In this document: piece after piece, positions 37,623 through 51,700 of the stretch
How positions within the stretch are numbered: the first letter of the stretch is position 1
Layout: each line of letters opens with the position of its first letter
DNA from: Rhynchobatus australiae
Taxonomy: Eukaryota
Length of the DNA stretch: 64,000 bases
Assembly: GCA_034780895.1 (NCBI GenBank)
Contig: JAUZTB010000077.1
Location: forward strand, 16,940,683-17,004,682
Direction: 5' to 3'
Position numbers and translations under genes: made by a program
Notes under the pieces: model-generated
The model's database searches: none
What the model was told of the DNA's origin: nothing
Seen by the model: only the letters and a program-made list of their open reading frames with translations

Positions 37623-40600
37623 NNNNNNNNNNNNNNNNNNNNNNNNNNNNNNNNNNNNNNNNNNNNNNNNNNNNNNNNNNNNNNNNNNNNNNNNNNNNNN
37701 NNNNNNNNNNNNNNNNNNNNNNTAGTGTTCTATGTTGGAGTTGTGCAATGAAATCTTTTGGTGGGGGCTTGCAGAGTAAGACTATTAAACCATTGTGAGC
37801 AAATTTTAAAAATGGCCATCTGTAATAACATTTGTTAAATCACTTCTTTCCCAGATTTTAGTAGCTTTCATGTTTTTTCTGTTGATCCTGTGACAAATAT
37901 TAAAGTGATGAAAACAACAGTTTAAAGTGTCTTCCATTACTCTGATGTCTTAAAGTAGGCTTTCCTTCAAGGTTTACAGTCCGTGAGCCAGCACAGCTAT
38001 GAACAAAATGAATAACTTAATGCTGTGTTATTTGGTAAGTAGTAAACAGTAAGATCATGTTCCCCAAACCACTGTCAGTTTATCGGTGTTGTCTATATGT
38101 GATACTTGAGAGTGACCAAGTCGTACAGTGTAAGTGTTGGTTAATTGCGAGTGTAGCAAATATATTTTACCATGTACCATTTGAGTTCATGTAAGAGTAA
38201 CGTGGGAGTAATTATTTAACACTGCATCTATTGTTATGATATGGTGGGGCTATATGTATTATCCAGTGACTATAGTATTCTACTTTATACTAAGTTGTAA
38301 TGCTGCTAAATTTTAATGTTCTCTTATCTTCATTTGCTCCCTGAGTAATATACATCATAGAACAAAATTACAAATAAGTTCACCCTGACATGAAAATAAA
38401 CCTTTTTTAGAAGTTTATATTAATAGAGATTTTTTTAAATTACATTTACCATGTGAACCCATCTTTTTTTATTCTGGTGAATTCATATTTTTAGGGTTTT
38501 TTAAAATAATATTTCTGACATTCAAAATGAGGAAAGGATTATTTTTAATGCTTGGATGTTTTGGCAAATTTTGATTTATTCTCCTTCAATTACTACAAAT
38601 ATATCTCATTGGTTATTTGTGGAAGTGACTAATTTGAGTTCTAACTATCAATTTGAAAGAAAACCACTGATGATATTACACCACAATATAATATGGTTTG
38701 AAGACTTTTGAGTTTGTATTATNNNNNNNNNNNNNNNNNNNNNNNNNNNNNNNNNNNNNNNNNNNNNNNNNNNNNNNNNNNNNNNNNNNNNNNNNNNNNN
38801 NNNNNNNNNNNNNNNNNNNNNNNNNNNNNNNNNNNNNNNNNNNNNNNNNNNNNNNNNNNNNNNNNNNNNNNNNNNNNNNNNNNNNNNNNNNNNNNNNNNN
38901 NNNNNNNNNNNNNNNNNNNNNNNNNNNNNNNNNNNNNNNNNNNNNNNNNNNNNNNNNNNNNNNNNNNNNNNNNNNNNNNNNNNNNNNNNNNNNNNNNNNN
39001 NNNNNNNNNNNNNNNNNNNNNNNNNNNNNNNNNNNNNNNCAAAAATATAGTCACTGCTGTAACCTATCATAGAGTATAGACTGTTTGCAGTTTTAACAGA
39101 AACTGGTGTGTTTTTTATTCTTGTTAGGTATTCTGTTACATTAAACAAAAGTATGTGATTTTTTCAATACAGACATTGAAAGATTCACTGCAGTCAAGAT
39201 GAAGTGCACGAACAAGTGGAATTTATTAATTTAATGTTCCCTTCTGTTCATCAGGTGTTTGTGAGGGAATTGCAATGATTGGAGTTGTTAGTAAATCATT
39301 CTAATTCTTTTCAGTGAAATAGTGAAGTGTTAATAGATGAAGAACAGGTGTATTGACTGATCAGCCCCTTAAATCAACTGGTTTACTGGAACTAAAATGT
39401 TATGAACAAGTACCCTCGGATAACCCATTCGTTCATAAATACTAAAGTTTGATTAGTGGAAATAAAAGTATTTCTGTAACTTATTCAGAATGGAATATAC
39501 TAATTGAAACCCAGTTCAGCCAATTGAATTACTTGTGTATCATTTATAATACTAATTTAATTTCGCTGGCAAATTTTCTAAGATATCGCTAAATATTTAT
39601 TGCACTTTGAAAGCACTATAAGCACCAATTTAAAACTGCATAATGATAACATTTAATGTTATGTAATGAATTTCACGTCACTTCAAATTTTGTGATTTCC
39701 CCGACCTTTTTCCCTCCCCCCACCAGCCCCACTGCACCTGCCCCACTGTGTTACCTAACAGTTTACATTTTACAAGTATTCAATTTCCAAGTATTTTGGA
39801 TTTTACGTATATAGTTTCTCAGAAATAAGTGAAGAGTTGGTGATGTTGAACTAATATTATGAAATAAAGGTTGATGAGGTTATCACACATCATTGCAATA
39901 CTAAATGATAATTTGGTAGATGGAATAAGTTTTCCACGTGTGCTCAGACCGGTTTGAATTCTGCATCGAGCTTCCTAAGACTGAGTGCTCATCCAGGGTT
40001 TCCACCAAAGAAAGACATGATACTTATTCCTTGAAAATTAGTGGTTCAGTTTCAGGGGATCGTTTCCATTTTGGAGAGCAGCCACATGGTACAGTCGAGC
40101 TTGTGTAATGTCCGGCACTCAGCTGACACTGTCAAGTTTTACTTTACCTTGGATTGAGCTCAGCAACAACAGCTTTGCAAATTGAAATATTAAATTTATA
40201 AATCTCCCAGGAGACACAGTGGACAGTTCAGTTGCCATTGTAATGTAGCTGTGCACTTGACTGGAGTTTATGTCACCTGCTGAGAACTCTTAACGGTGTC
40301 CAGCTCCATAATTTGGCTTCACCCACTTTCATTCTGTGAGATCAATGGTTAGACGACCCAAATACCTCCCACAATTTCTCATGCCAATTTAGCTCCCTTA
40401 GATTGGTATCGGTTCAGAATACAGAAGGAGTCTTGCCTTCCCATTTGGTGATGGGCCAAAATCGATTTGTCTTTTTGAACAAAACTGACCTGATAAATTA
40501 TTAACATTATATCCATGTCACTTGTTGAGTGTTCTTGATACCCAGCACCTAATTTTACCTTGTGACTTTAAGACTCGCTTTGTTTTGGTTGGAAGGCAGA

Positions 40601-41579
40601 CTCATTGTGATACCATATTAAAATTGATGTAGGCTGCCTCTCACCATTATAATTGTGCCTCNNNNNNNNNNNNNNNNNNNNNNNNNNNNNNNNNNNNNNN
40701 NNNNNNNNNNNNNNNNNNNNNNNNNNNNNNNNNNNNNNNNNNNNNNNNNNNNNNNNNNNNNNNNNNNNNNNNNNNNNNNNNNNNNNNNNNNNNNNNNNNN
40801 NNNNNNNNNNNNNNNNNNNNNNNNNNNNNNNNNNNNNNNNNNNNNNNNNNNNNNNNNNNNNNNNNNNNNNNNNNNNNNNNNNNNNNNNNNNNNNNNNNNN
40901 NNNNNNNNNNNNNNNNNNNNNNNNNNNNNNNNNNNNNNNNNNNNNNNNNNNNNNNNNNNNNNNNNNNNNNNNNNNNNNNNNNNNNNNNNNNNNNNNNNNN
41001 NNNNNNNNNNNNNNNNNNNNNNNNNNNNNNNNNNNNNNNNNNNNNNNNNNNNNNNNNNNNNNNNNNNNNNNNNNNNNNNNNNNNNNNNNNNNNNNNNNNN
41101 NNNNNNNNNNNNNNNNNNTGAGAAAATTGGTGGGGTTTCATTAGCAAGCAGAATTTCATTTTCCAGCTATTTAATGTCAGCAATACAGAAACACTGAAGA
41201 TTTGTTTAAAATATTTTTCCCTAAATGTATTTTTGAAACTATTCAAATCGCTCGTTTTCCATTTATCTTGGATTAATCTTTGATCTGCAGTGGCTGTTAG
41301 TATGTTGAAATATTCCACTAATTTATTGGATGGATAGAGCTGATACCAAATGAATATTCCTCATTTAATAGCGATGAGTATCTACAATTGTTTAAGTTGA
41401 ATTCAAAACTACATCCGCCGCAGAGCTTGGGTTTTACCTTTCTTTGCTGAATCTTTCCTTGTTCTCAGTTCACATTAATTTGAAAAGGTGGTTGAGTAAA
41501 TGCACAATGAACTTCAAAACCTGGTAATTGTTTTTCAGAAAGATTGCAACTTGTGAATTAGACATGAATTGTAAAAGAA

Positions 41580-42330
41580 CAGTAGATGCGATTATCGTTT
41601 GTTAGGCTTGCTTTGTGCTCTGTTCTGACACCTGTCTTCCAAGCTTCTCCCTAAATACCACTGCTGATCTTCTTTTCTGCCAGTCACATGACAGGCTGAG
41701 AGAAATCGTGGGTGGGAATTAAAAGACTCTGAGTGAACCTTGTCAGAGTTGGTAATCCATATAACAGCATAAAAGGCAGTGTTAAGCAGAGGGGAGACTA
41801 TTTACATGTATGGTGTGGTATATTGAAACAGGTCACAGGTTGGGGGAAAAAAAGTTGCTGTGTGCATGTTATGGTGCAGCTGTAAGACATGAATAATGAT
41901 TTAAACCTGACTAGAGAAAAAGGCAAACTTTATCTTGCTGTTTGAAGCTTAGTCTGCCTTTGGGGAAAAAAAATCTTTTTTCATTTGAACCATCTGGTTA
42001 CTTCTTGTTTACAGCACNNNNNNNNNNNNNNNNNNNNNNNNNNNNNNNNNNNNNNNNNNNNNNNNNNNNNNNNNNNNNNNNNNNNNNNNNNNNNNNNNNN
42101 NNNNNNNNNNNNNNNNNNNNNNNNNNNNNNNNNNNNNNNNNNNNNNNNNNNNNNNNNCGGGGCAGAGCTACAGAGAAGACTGGCCAGACTTATTCGGCAC
42201 GCACTATCCCCAAACAGGCACGTAGAATGAGTCCATTGCTAGCAGTCAGGCGTATCTTAATTAATGACTTGCACACACCAAAAGAGTAATGTGAGTTGAC
42301 TGCCTTTTTCTTCAGCACTCATTGAAGTTA
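41580..42330. promoter_or_regulatory. Candidate conserved non-coding block
   Basis: Repeat-free with retained CpGs, tgacag/tgtca sites, 'ggtaatcc' (bicoid-class) and 'cttaattaatgac'. Inference only. Confidence 0.3.
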
Positions 42331-43379
42331 CTGTTTTAATGCAGTTTGTTATCTTTCCATCATAAAGTGCTGCTGCCTTTTGCTTTTGTCAATAAACAGA
42401 AGTGCTGTTTTTTGGAAAAAGACCTGAACAGTTTGTCCATAAATATTATCTTCATCTTTGTCTTAACAAAAACGTCTGGTGTTTGGACATCAGAAATTGC
42501 ATCATTTTCATTGTAATCAAAAGATTACGGCTTCTATAATTATTCTTTAGATTGATAGGTTATTTCTTAAGGTGAATACGAATTGAATATAAAAATAATG
42601 ATTAGTTTCATGGTAACCTCCACCTCAACAAATCATAGCATTCAAGTTTGGAGCATGATATTTCTTTTATTATTTATTTTCTCTTATTCATACTTGACTA
42701 CAGATCTTTTAACAAATTCTTTTTTCTGATCCAATTTTTACGACCAGAATAATTGATTATTAAATGGTTCATTAAAAAGTGCTCTCACCACAACACTGGA
42801 AGGCAGGCATTATTATTTTTGTGTCAATGTTATTATATACCTTGTCTTCAATAAGTAATGACGACAAACTGATGTACTTTGAACTACTCTTTGAAGAATA
42901 CTAAAAAGCATGCTCATGAGTGATGATTTTCAGTACTGCAAACAATTCTGAGAATTCAATACAATGGCTTGACTAGTTAGCTCAATATTTTGTTCAAACA
43001 AACAAGGAGAGCTTTAGAGAACGTTCATAATAATTGGACATGCTGACTTTTGTGCTACGGAAGGAACTTTGCAAAATTTTCACTTCGGAGAACATCCTTG
43101 AGCGAAAAAGGGCATTAATCCCATCACCAGCAAATGTGGAAGGAGCTGTTCCTTCATTTGCAGTTTATTGCTGATATCTGATTGCACTTTCATTATGGAA
43201 GCTGGGCTTCTTTTCCCTTTCCTGACTTGGTATTGCAATGTATTTGATTTATTAACATAAGGAATTGGCCATTTGGCCTCTGGTCCATGCTTTGCCATTC
43301 CTCTACCCATTGCCGCTTCTGGTTATTGTTCTTGCTAACTGCTCCACATTGTTTACTGCTTCTGTCTCGCACATTAATT

Positions 43380-43640
43380 GTTGGAGATAGTCTTATCATC
43401 CCGTAATCTTGTCTCGCCGCACCCCCAGCCAGCCACATTCTGGATCTCTCTACATCCAGCTCTGTCATTCAGTCGGCTCATGGCTGATCTTTTATCACTG
43501 TGCCTCTCTCTTGCACTAATCCCATATCGCTTCATATCCCAACAAATATCAATCTCTTTCTTGAAGGTACTCAGTGACTGAGCCTTTGTCACCGTCTTGG
43601 ATAGAGAATTCCAAAGACTAACTGTTAGACTTTTTTCCTT
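43380..43640 (-). mobile_element. CR1 3' end
   Basis: 'atcaatctctttcttgaaggtactcagtgactgagcc..agagaattccaaaga' is the reverse complement of 'W..L....AQSLSTFKKEID'. Confidence 0.75.
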
Positions 43641-44199
43641 TTCATTACCTGTAATTCAGGATTGCAACTTGAAACTTGTTTCAACAATGAAAGCAGAATA
43701 GTAGCTGAATTAAGCAACAGATTGCCTGAAGCACTGATTATGTGGGTAGAGGGGGGATCTTCCCACTTGGGAAGCTCTCTCTTGCTGTCTCACACCACCT
43801 CTGCCCCACAAATTTATGCAAACACTAACACGCGCAAATGCAGTGATAGTTCTGGCAACCAGTATAAAAGTAAAGGAGTTAAGATCATTGTTATATTTTG
43901 TCTATTGAAGTTGATTTAAGTTTTGTTCTTTTGATATGCTTCAAGTCTCTCACCTCTCACTGTCATTTGGTCTGTCTGGAATCATTTAATTAATCAATGA
44001 GAAAACGGCCATCAAAATCTCTTTCCCCACCTCCTCACACCTCCCAAGTCCTTTCTGGTTATTGTTCTAAGGAACTTTTTTATTGTTTATTTGTCCCTGG
44101 CAACATATTAAATGCAGCAGATATTCTTGTCATTTACTGACCATGTTTGACAGCACAACCAGGCAGCCATTGCCTCCAGCTTACACCAGGCTTGGTTTG

Positions 44200-45030
44200 C
44201 CCACATCTAAATTTGAGGTACTATACCAGAACGCTCCCTTCTTTCATGTGCGAGGATTCCCACAAGTCGGTGAGGATGTTACATTTTCTCGAGGTTTTGA
44301 CAAGATCCTTGAAACATTTCTCTCCTGGAAGTTGCTTGCCATGATGAAGTTTTGGGACTGTGGTCTTAGGCAATTAGATGATGTGACCCACCCATGGGAA
44401 ATGTTTGAGCATGGTCTATGTCTTGATGCTGAGGGTTTTGGCCAATGAGAGGTTGATTCTCCCAGTGAATTTGGGGATTTTGTAGGGATAATGTTGGTGT
44501 TACTGTCCAAGTGCTTTAAAGTGCCCATCATAAGTTTCCTGTATCTGATACATACAAGAGAATGAGAATCACTGCCACTCAGTAGACCATGAGCTTACTG
44601 TCAGGTTTGAGGTCCTGGTCTTGGAACACACTGGTCCACAGGCTATACTGGTGCATTGGAATCGGTGGTGGATATCATGGGTTTCATTGTCAATGTGTGC
44701 TCTCCCTTGGTATGGGAAGAGATCCACATTGAGCAACGTCATGCCATGGATATTGATGGTTGGGGGACAGTACAGGAGTAGGTGCTGATTGGTGAGGGAC
44801 TTTAGTCTTCAGTTCTTTGGTGTGGAACTCATCCACTTCATTGATAGAACCATTGATGGTTTGGTGCCTCTAAGCATCCACAGATGCAAGTGTTATCTGC
44901 TGTCTGCTAACTTCAATGACTGAAGTTAGTGTGGAGGTGACCAAGATTCTTCCCCATTTTGTAGATTAGCTCCACTTCAGCAGGCCGCTTGCTGGAGATG
45001 ACGTGAAGTATTACAATGAAGAGGACTGAG
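44200..45030 (-). mobile_element. RTE LINE RT fragment, degraded
   Basis: 'aatcactgccactcagtagaccatgagctt..tttgaggtcctggtcttggaacac' parallels 3810-4200. An ADD-like 'gcagataac' lies on the minus strand near 44895. Confidence 0.7.
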
Positions 45031-47319
45031 GTTGGCTAAGAATGCAACATGGCGGTAACCAAGTGAGGTTTTTCCACAAGGTGAATCAGTCTCCATTGGC
45101 TAGCAAAGGATGCTCTGCGACACATTGACTGACCCACAAAGCCACTGGGAACAGCAGCCTGTCAATATTGTCTGAATAGCTGCTGTTTCCCATAATTCTC
45201 TGGAGGTAGATCAGAGTGGGTCTGTTCTAAGCCATTGAAACTGAGCTAGAATTGTACAGTTCACTGTAAAGTAGGGGAACCCAAGAAATTGAAAGAATTA
45301 AACCAATAAAAAGCCTTAAATATAAAAATGCAATTGTGCACTGGCTTAAAATAAAATACATTCAACTTCTCTGAAAATGGCCCTCTCCCCTACAAGGTTT
45401 ACGCCCACTTTTGCTGTTTCTATTCCAATGAAGCCCAACCATAGTGTGGACCGATGTTTCACGAGAAAAATTGTTGGAGCACATCTAACTTGTGATGCAC
45501 CTCCTTGGAAACAAATTGTAAACACCGGGCACTAAAGATGCCCCCATTTTAACACCTTTCAACACATGTTTGACCCTGAGATGGAAATGCTAACTTAGTG
45601 TTTAAAAAAGATTTATGCTGTTTTCACTTCTATAAATACTGGCCAGCTACTCCAATGGAGAAAGCCAATGGAATTCACCACCCAGATGGCTGCAGATGCT
45701 CAATTATTGTATTCACAATTGAGGTCAATAGTTGTTGAAAACCAGGGGAATTGGATGGTATGGGCGTTGGACAGCAAACAGCTGGAGATCCCTCAGCATG
45801 CTGATTGGTAGAGAAAGCTCATTGAACTTATGTAGTCTAAGTGATACTTGGCACTGACCATTGCTAATGGATGCTAGCATTGGAAAGTAGCTTGAAGAGT
45901 TAAGGGCCAACAATGGTCAGCCAAGATTGGGCTGAAATAACTGACTATAAAGACCATGATGCAGGCAAGTTCATAAACAAGATCTGTGGCTGATCTTATT
46001 ACATAATGATTAGTGGGGCTGTATGCTATTTATTGGCTGAAATTGCAGTGTGTAGTATACTAGTTTCTGTATAGTAGTATTGTCTTCTCATGCGAATGTA
46101 AGAGAATTTAAAATCCACTAATAAATGTTTGCAAAGATTTGCTTCCATCACAAGTGAATAATAAACTCTTAAAACATGAGAAACCCTTACTGTGAAATCT
46201 AACTTAAGCAAATCTCATGCGTCTTGTAAAGATGCTGACAGCTCTGAGGTTCATGCTATAGTGAAAATAAACATTTATTTGTTTTATAGGTATTCTTAAT
46301 CAATATGATGGGGGAATTGAGGTCTTATTTTATTCATGTTATTTTCACAATCGATAGACTTTTCCATTTATACCACTGCAAAATGAATAATAACAATTGT
46401 GACATCTGCCCCATTCACACTGATCTAATACTTGGCATTTGTTTTCAGGTAGGTAATGCAAACACTGTCTGGAATCAATGCCAGCACCTTCCTCACATGC
46501 AAATTTACTAGTTCCTAATGTAGGGGGCCAATCCTGTTGGCCTTAAATAGCCAGGAGCCATCCAGTTAGACAAAGGGGGGTCTTTAGTGGCATAGATCCC
46601 AGTGATGAGAAGGAGGTATCATGTAGGGGTAATCAGGACCGGGCTCCAGCTACGGAGAGTGACAGTCAGGTGAGGACAGCCCCCCCCAAAACCAGTCTGA
46701 CCAATTGAACTATGGTTAGAGGGGAACAGTTAAAGTCCTCTGCAAGCTCTAAAACAGAAAAAATTAAAAAAAAAATTAAAATAAAGTGTCATAAATTTTA
46801 GCAAACATAAAAATTTAAATAACAATATAAAGTTTGTGAATTTTTTGGTGAGTTTTACTACCTATGAATCCTTATTGAANNNNNNNNNNNNNNNNNNNNN
46901 NNNNNNNNNNNNNNNNNNNNNNNNNNNNNNNNNNNNNNNNNNNNNNNNNNNNNNNNNNNNNNNNNNNNNNNNNNNNNNNTAGATTAATATTGAAACACCC
47001 GGCCTGGTTTAAACTGGGAAGACTGGAAAATGGTTCTGCTTATCAGGAGATCTTGAATGCGAGTATATGTTTTTTTCAATATTTTTTGTGTAACCAATTT
47101 TCTCCCTCACTACATGTTTGACCCTAATGGAAATCCAGCCTCGTACTTATCTGGCACTTATGGGAAGCTTAACAAAGTGACTATTATTGAAGCCTGATCC
47201 ATGATGCTAAGGATTTAGTGGGCATCTTTGTCTACTTTTCACCATCTGTGCACACTTCCAGTGGATACCCATTGATATTACACTTGGCCAATTTGTCCCC
47301 TTCCTCAGGGTAGGAGGAA

Positions 47320-47598
47320 GGGAGTCTAAAACTAGATTGCGTATGTTGAAGGTGAGAGGGGAAAGATTTAATGGGGATACGAGAGGCGACTTTTTCCACA
47401 CACGGGATGGTGGGTATTTGGATCGAGCTGCCAGAGGAAGTGGTAGAAGCAGGTACAATTACAACTTCAAAAGGCATTTAGAGAGATACATAGATAGGAA
47501 AGGTTTAGAGAGAAATGGGACCAGCTCAAGTCGACAACTTGGTGGGCATGGATCAGTTGGGCTGAAGAGCCTGTTTCTGTGCTGTATAACTCTATGAC
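47320..47598 (+). mobile_element. CR1 3' end
   Basis: 'LKVRGERFNGDTRGDFF' followed by tail 'gcctgtttctgtgctgtataactctatgact'. Confidence 0.92.
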
Positions 47599-48370
47599 TG
47601 AGGTCAGTTGCTGCACTTGTACAGCTGTTGTGGCTGAGATCAGATCAGCCAGCAAGGCCTAGTGATCAAACACAGGATCCTCACTTTGCACGTCTAAGCT
47701 GCTCTTTGTACACGTTTCCTGAGAATATGATTTGACTTTCATTTTTCCTGCAATAAAGCATGCTATTTTTAAAAAATATATATAATATGCCAGTTAATGA
47801 TTTCAAATTTGCATCAAATATACAGTGTTTGGCAATTGGATTGGAAGTACCTTAATGGGAGTCTATTTACATTTAACTCCTCTCAGAATCTTGACATCTC
47901 GACGTGGTCACCTCTCATTCTTCTCAGCTTCAAGGTACTAACCTTCCGCAAAGCAAGCCCACTCCCAGAGTTGCACAGCATTGACTTCAAGCCAAGTTTG
48001 CCCTTTTACACAAGGGGACTACACCTGCATGCAGCACTCAAATGAAGCTTCAACGGAGGCCGACAGAATCTTTCTGTTATACTTATACTCCAGCCACCTT
48101 GCAAAAAAGACCATAGGACCATTTGCCTTCCTGATGGCTGTGTATTTATGAGATCATGAGCCAGCACCAACCTTCCAGCACACAATATTTACTAGTTTCC
48201 CACTATTTGAAAGGCATTGATTTCTGTTCAATAGGCAGTACTTCATATTTTCCCACATTATACTATTTGCCACCTCCTTCCTCACCTCCTGTAATAATAT
48301 TGACATTATCTGCTGTATCCCTCCTTGCCTTCATCACGCATCTCACTTTACCTCTTAGCTTTATACCATT

Positions 48371-49109
48371 TAGACCATAAGATACAGGAGCAATATAACG
48401 TCATTCGGCCTATTGAGTCTGCGCTACCATTCAACCCTTTTTTATCCCCATTTTGCCACCTTCTCCCTGCAACCCTCAACCCCTTTACCAATCAAGAACC
48501 TATCATTCTCTGCCTGAAATACACCCAATGACTTGGCCTCCACAGCCCTCTGTGGCAACGGATTTCACAGATTCACCACCCTCAGGCTAAAGAAATTCCT
48601 CCTCATTCCCAGTTTTCAAGGGACGTCCCTTTTTATTCTGAGGCTGTGCCCTCAGATCCTAGACACTCGCACTAATGGAAACATCCTCTCCACATCCGCT
48701 CTATTCAGGTCTTTCAATATCTGGTAGGTTTCAATGAGATTCCCCCTCTTCCTTCTGAATTCCATCGAGTGCAGGCCCAGAGACATCAAATGGTCCTTAA
48801 TGTTAAGCCTATCATCCCTGGGATCATTCTTGTGAACCTCCTCTGGACTGTCTCCAGGCCCTGCACACCATTCCTAAGATACGGGCCCAAAATTGTTCAC
48901 AATATTACAACGTGGTCTGACCAATGCCTTATAAAGCCTCAGCAGTACATCCTTGCTTTTTATTCCAGTCCTCTCAAAATGAATGTGAACATTGCATTTG
49001 CCTTCTATAGTAGTGACTCAACCTGCAAGTTAACCTTGAGGGAATCCTGAACTAGGACTCCCAACTCCCTTTACACCTCTGATTTCTGAATTTTCTCTCC
49101 ATTTAGAAA
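48371..49109 (-). mobile_element. CR1 3' fragment, running into a gap
   Basis: Begins 'agaccataagatacaggagc..cattcggcc' (reverse of the CR1 tail) and continues through ORF2 C-terminal sequence. Confidence 0.9.
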
Positions 49110-49914
49110 NNNNNNNNNNNNNNNNNNNNNNNNNNNNNNNNNNNNNNNNNNNNNNNNNNNNNNNNNNNNNNNNNNNNNNNNNNNNNNNNNNNNNNNNNNN
49201 NNNNNNNNNNNNNNNNNNNNNNNNNNNNNNNNNNNNNNNNNNNNNNNNNNNNNNNNNNNNNNNNNNNNNNNNNNNNNNNNNNNNNNNNNNNNNNNNNNNN
49301 NNNNNNNNNNNNNNNNNNNNNNNNNNNNNNNNNNNNNNNNNNNNNNNNNNNNNNNNNNNNNNNNNNNNNNNNNNNNNNNNNNNNNNNNNNNNNNNNNNNN
49401 NNNNNNNNNNNNNNNNNNNNNNNNNNNNNNNNNNNNNNNNNNNNNNNNNNNNNNNNNNNNNNNNNNNNNNNNNNNNNNNNNNNNNNNNNNNNNNNNNNNN
49501 NNNNNNNNNNNNNNNNNNNNNNNNNNNNNNNNNNNNNNNNNNNNNNNNNNNNNNNNNNNNNNNNNNNNNNNNNNNNNNNNNNNNNNNNNNNNNNNNNNNN
49601 NNNNNNNNNNNNNNNNNNNNNNNNNNNNNNNNNNNNNNNNNNNNNNNNNNNNNNNNNNNNNNNNNNNNNNNNNNNNNNNNNNNNNNNNNNNNNNNNNNNN
49701 NNNNNNNNNNNNNNNNNNNNNNNNNNNNNNNNNNNNNNNNNNNNNNNNNNNNNNNNNNNNNNNNNNNNNNNNNNNNNNNNNNNNNNNNNNNNNNNNNNNN
49801 NNNNNNNNNNNNNNNNNNNNNNNNNNNNNNNNNNNNNNNNNNNNNNNNNCATATCAATGACACTGCTGCTTGGGGCTTTGAGTATCATTCGTCTCTACAG
49901 GTCAAGTTGGTCTA

Positions 49915-50140
49915 CATGTTGGTTCAGTGGAAGCCTTCTCACCTTCTCAAGCAAAAAGTTATAGGTTCAAGCTTCACAAAAAGTTTGAGGGTGAAATCAA
50001 GATTGATGTTTTAGTGCAGTTCTAAGGGGTTTCTTGGGTCACACATTCATCCAGGGCCCTCTGAGGTGACTGTGATTAAGGAGTGCAGCTGAACACTTTG
50101 CTATCTGTCCACAGTGATCCCTCAACCAACATCATTGGAC
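49915..50140 (+). mobile_element. Deu-domain SINE (SacSINE1-like), old and internally deleted
   Basis: tRNA-like head 'ggttcagtgg..ggttcaag', then 'tagtgcagttctaaggg' and Deu-type 'atccctcaaccaacatca'. Confidence 0.55.
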
Positions 50141-50159
50141 TGGGTTGAATTTATTTATT

Positions 50160-50510
50160 TCTTTGTTCACTGGCAATGCCAACATTTCTTGCCATCACTT
50201 TTACCTCTATATGGAGAAGGTGATTGAGTTGACCGTATTGGTGGGTCTGGGATCACGTATTGGCTACATTGGGCAAGAGCAACATATTTCCTTTCCTGAA
50301 GGACGTTTGTGACTAACCATATTTTTTTCAGACAACAAGTTAGTTTTATGGTAATTGTTACTGAAAGTGTTTTCCTTCAGTTGTAGATTTACTTAATGAG
50401 TTAAATTTAAGTTCCACCCACTCCATGGTTGCATCCCAACTCGAATCTCTGGATCAGTGGTGCAGAACTTTGACTGTCAGTTCAGTAATGTAACCACTAT
50501 TGTGCCCTTT
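50160..50510 (-). mobile_element. Old tRNA-SINE (Meta-domain-like)
   Basis: 'gtgggtctgggatcacgtattggc..gggcaagagc..atttcctttcctgaaggac' and the reverse tRNA head 'cagtaatgtaaccactat'. Confidence 0.55.
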
Positions 50511-51384
50511 ACATCAGCATGTCTCAGACTTCTGCATCTGTGTATTTCCATGTGGAGGTGCCTTGAACTCTCTGACTCCAGGAGACAAGAGTGCCAGGTA
50601 CATANNNNNNNNNNNNNNNNNNNNNNNNNNNNNNNNNNNNNNNNNNNNNNNNNNNNNNNNNNNNNNNNNNNNNNNNNNNNNNNNNNNNNNNNNNNNNNNN
50701 NNNNAGGTACATAGTTTCATAGCCAGCCCAATATCTGAACACCAACCACAAATAAATATCCAGCACAATCCTATTCATTTAAATGGGCCACTGACCTCCA
50801 TTAAAAACTACGATTTTTCTTTGTTGTACATTTGTTTTAGATTAATTAAATTGTTTAAGATGTTTTAAATTTTATTTAATTCTTCAGATTTTTTAAAATT
50901 ATTAAAACACCCCTAAAAGCAGTGAAACAGGTGTCTAACAGCAAGGACCATCAAAGGCCATCAGAGAGCTTGTCTGCTTCTGGGTTGGCAGTGGAACTGA
51001 AGCCTTGAGGTCATTGGGAGCTGTGTGGTCTCAAAGGATTAGTATAGCAATGGGATAGCACACTGGGATGGTTGGCGGTGGCAAGCATAATCGTGAATGG
51101 TGGAACAGTTTGTGCAGGATCTGATCCAAGGGAATAGATTATCCGAGACATTGTGTTAGTGTTCTGAATGGGAACCTTGGTGTTCCAAATTTGCCGCTGT
51201 TTTTCCCCACGCTATCGTTGACTTGAATCTGTGCGATGCTTCAGTGTGTCCTGAGAGTGAAAGGTTCTATGCAAGTCCAACCCCTGGTAATATGCTGCAG
51301 TTGTGAAAATCATGGAATCCTGTGTTCTTTGAGGTGATGAAGGCAGATTTGAAAGAAAAGTGCCAATTGTTATTTGTTCATCCT

Positions 51385-51700
51385 TCAGGATCTGGCTTCA
51401 TTGGCAAGGCCAGCATTTACTTCCCATGTTTTGAATCAAGGGTCACATTCAGCCATATCCGAAGGCATTTAAGAATCAACCACATTGGAATTATCTATAG
51501 CCCAAACTGGGTCAGGGCAGCCCGAAGGAAATGAGTGGCCCAGATAAGTTTTTATAACATCCAGTTATTTTGTAGTTACCATTACACACGACTAGGGTGT
51601 TGGTCAAATTATTTGCTGAATTTTAATGGCACAGTGGCAATGGTGAGGCATGATCTCAGCTCCCTGGATCACTAGTCAGGTAACTGCACTAGGTAATGTG
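51385..51700 (-). mobile_element. Old tRNA-SINE, same family as 50160-50510
   Basis: 'ggcaaggccagcatttac..ttaagaatcaaccacattg..ctggatcactagtcaggtaac'. Confidence 0.55.
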
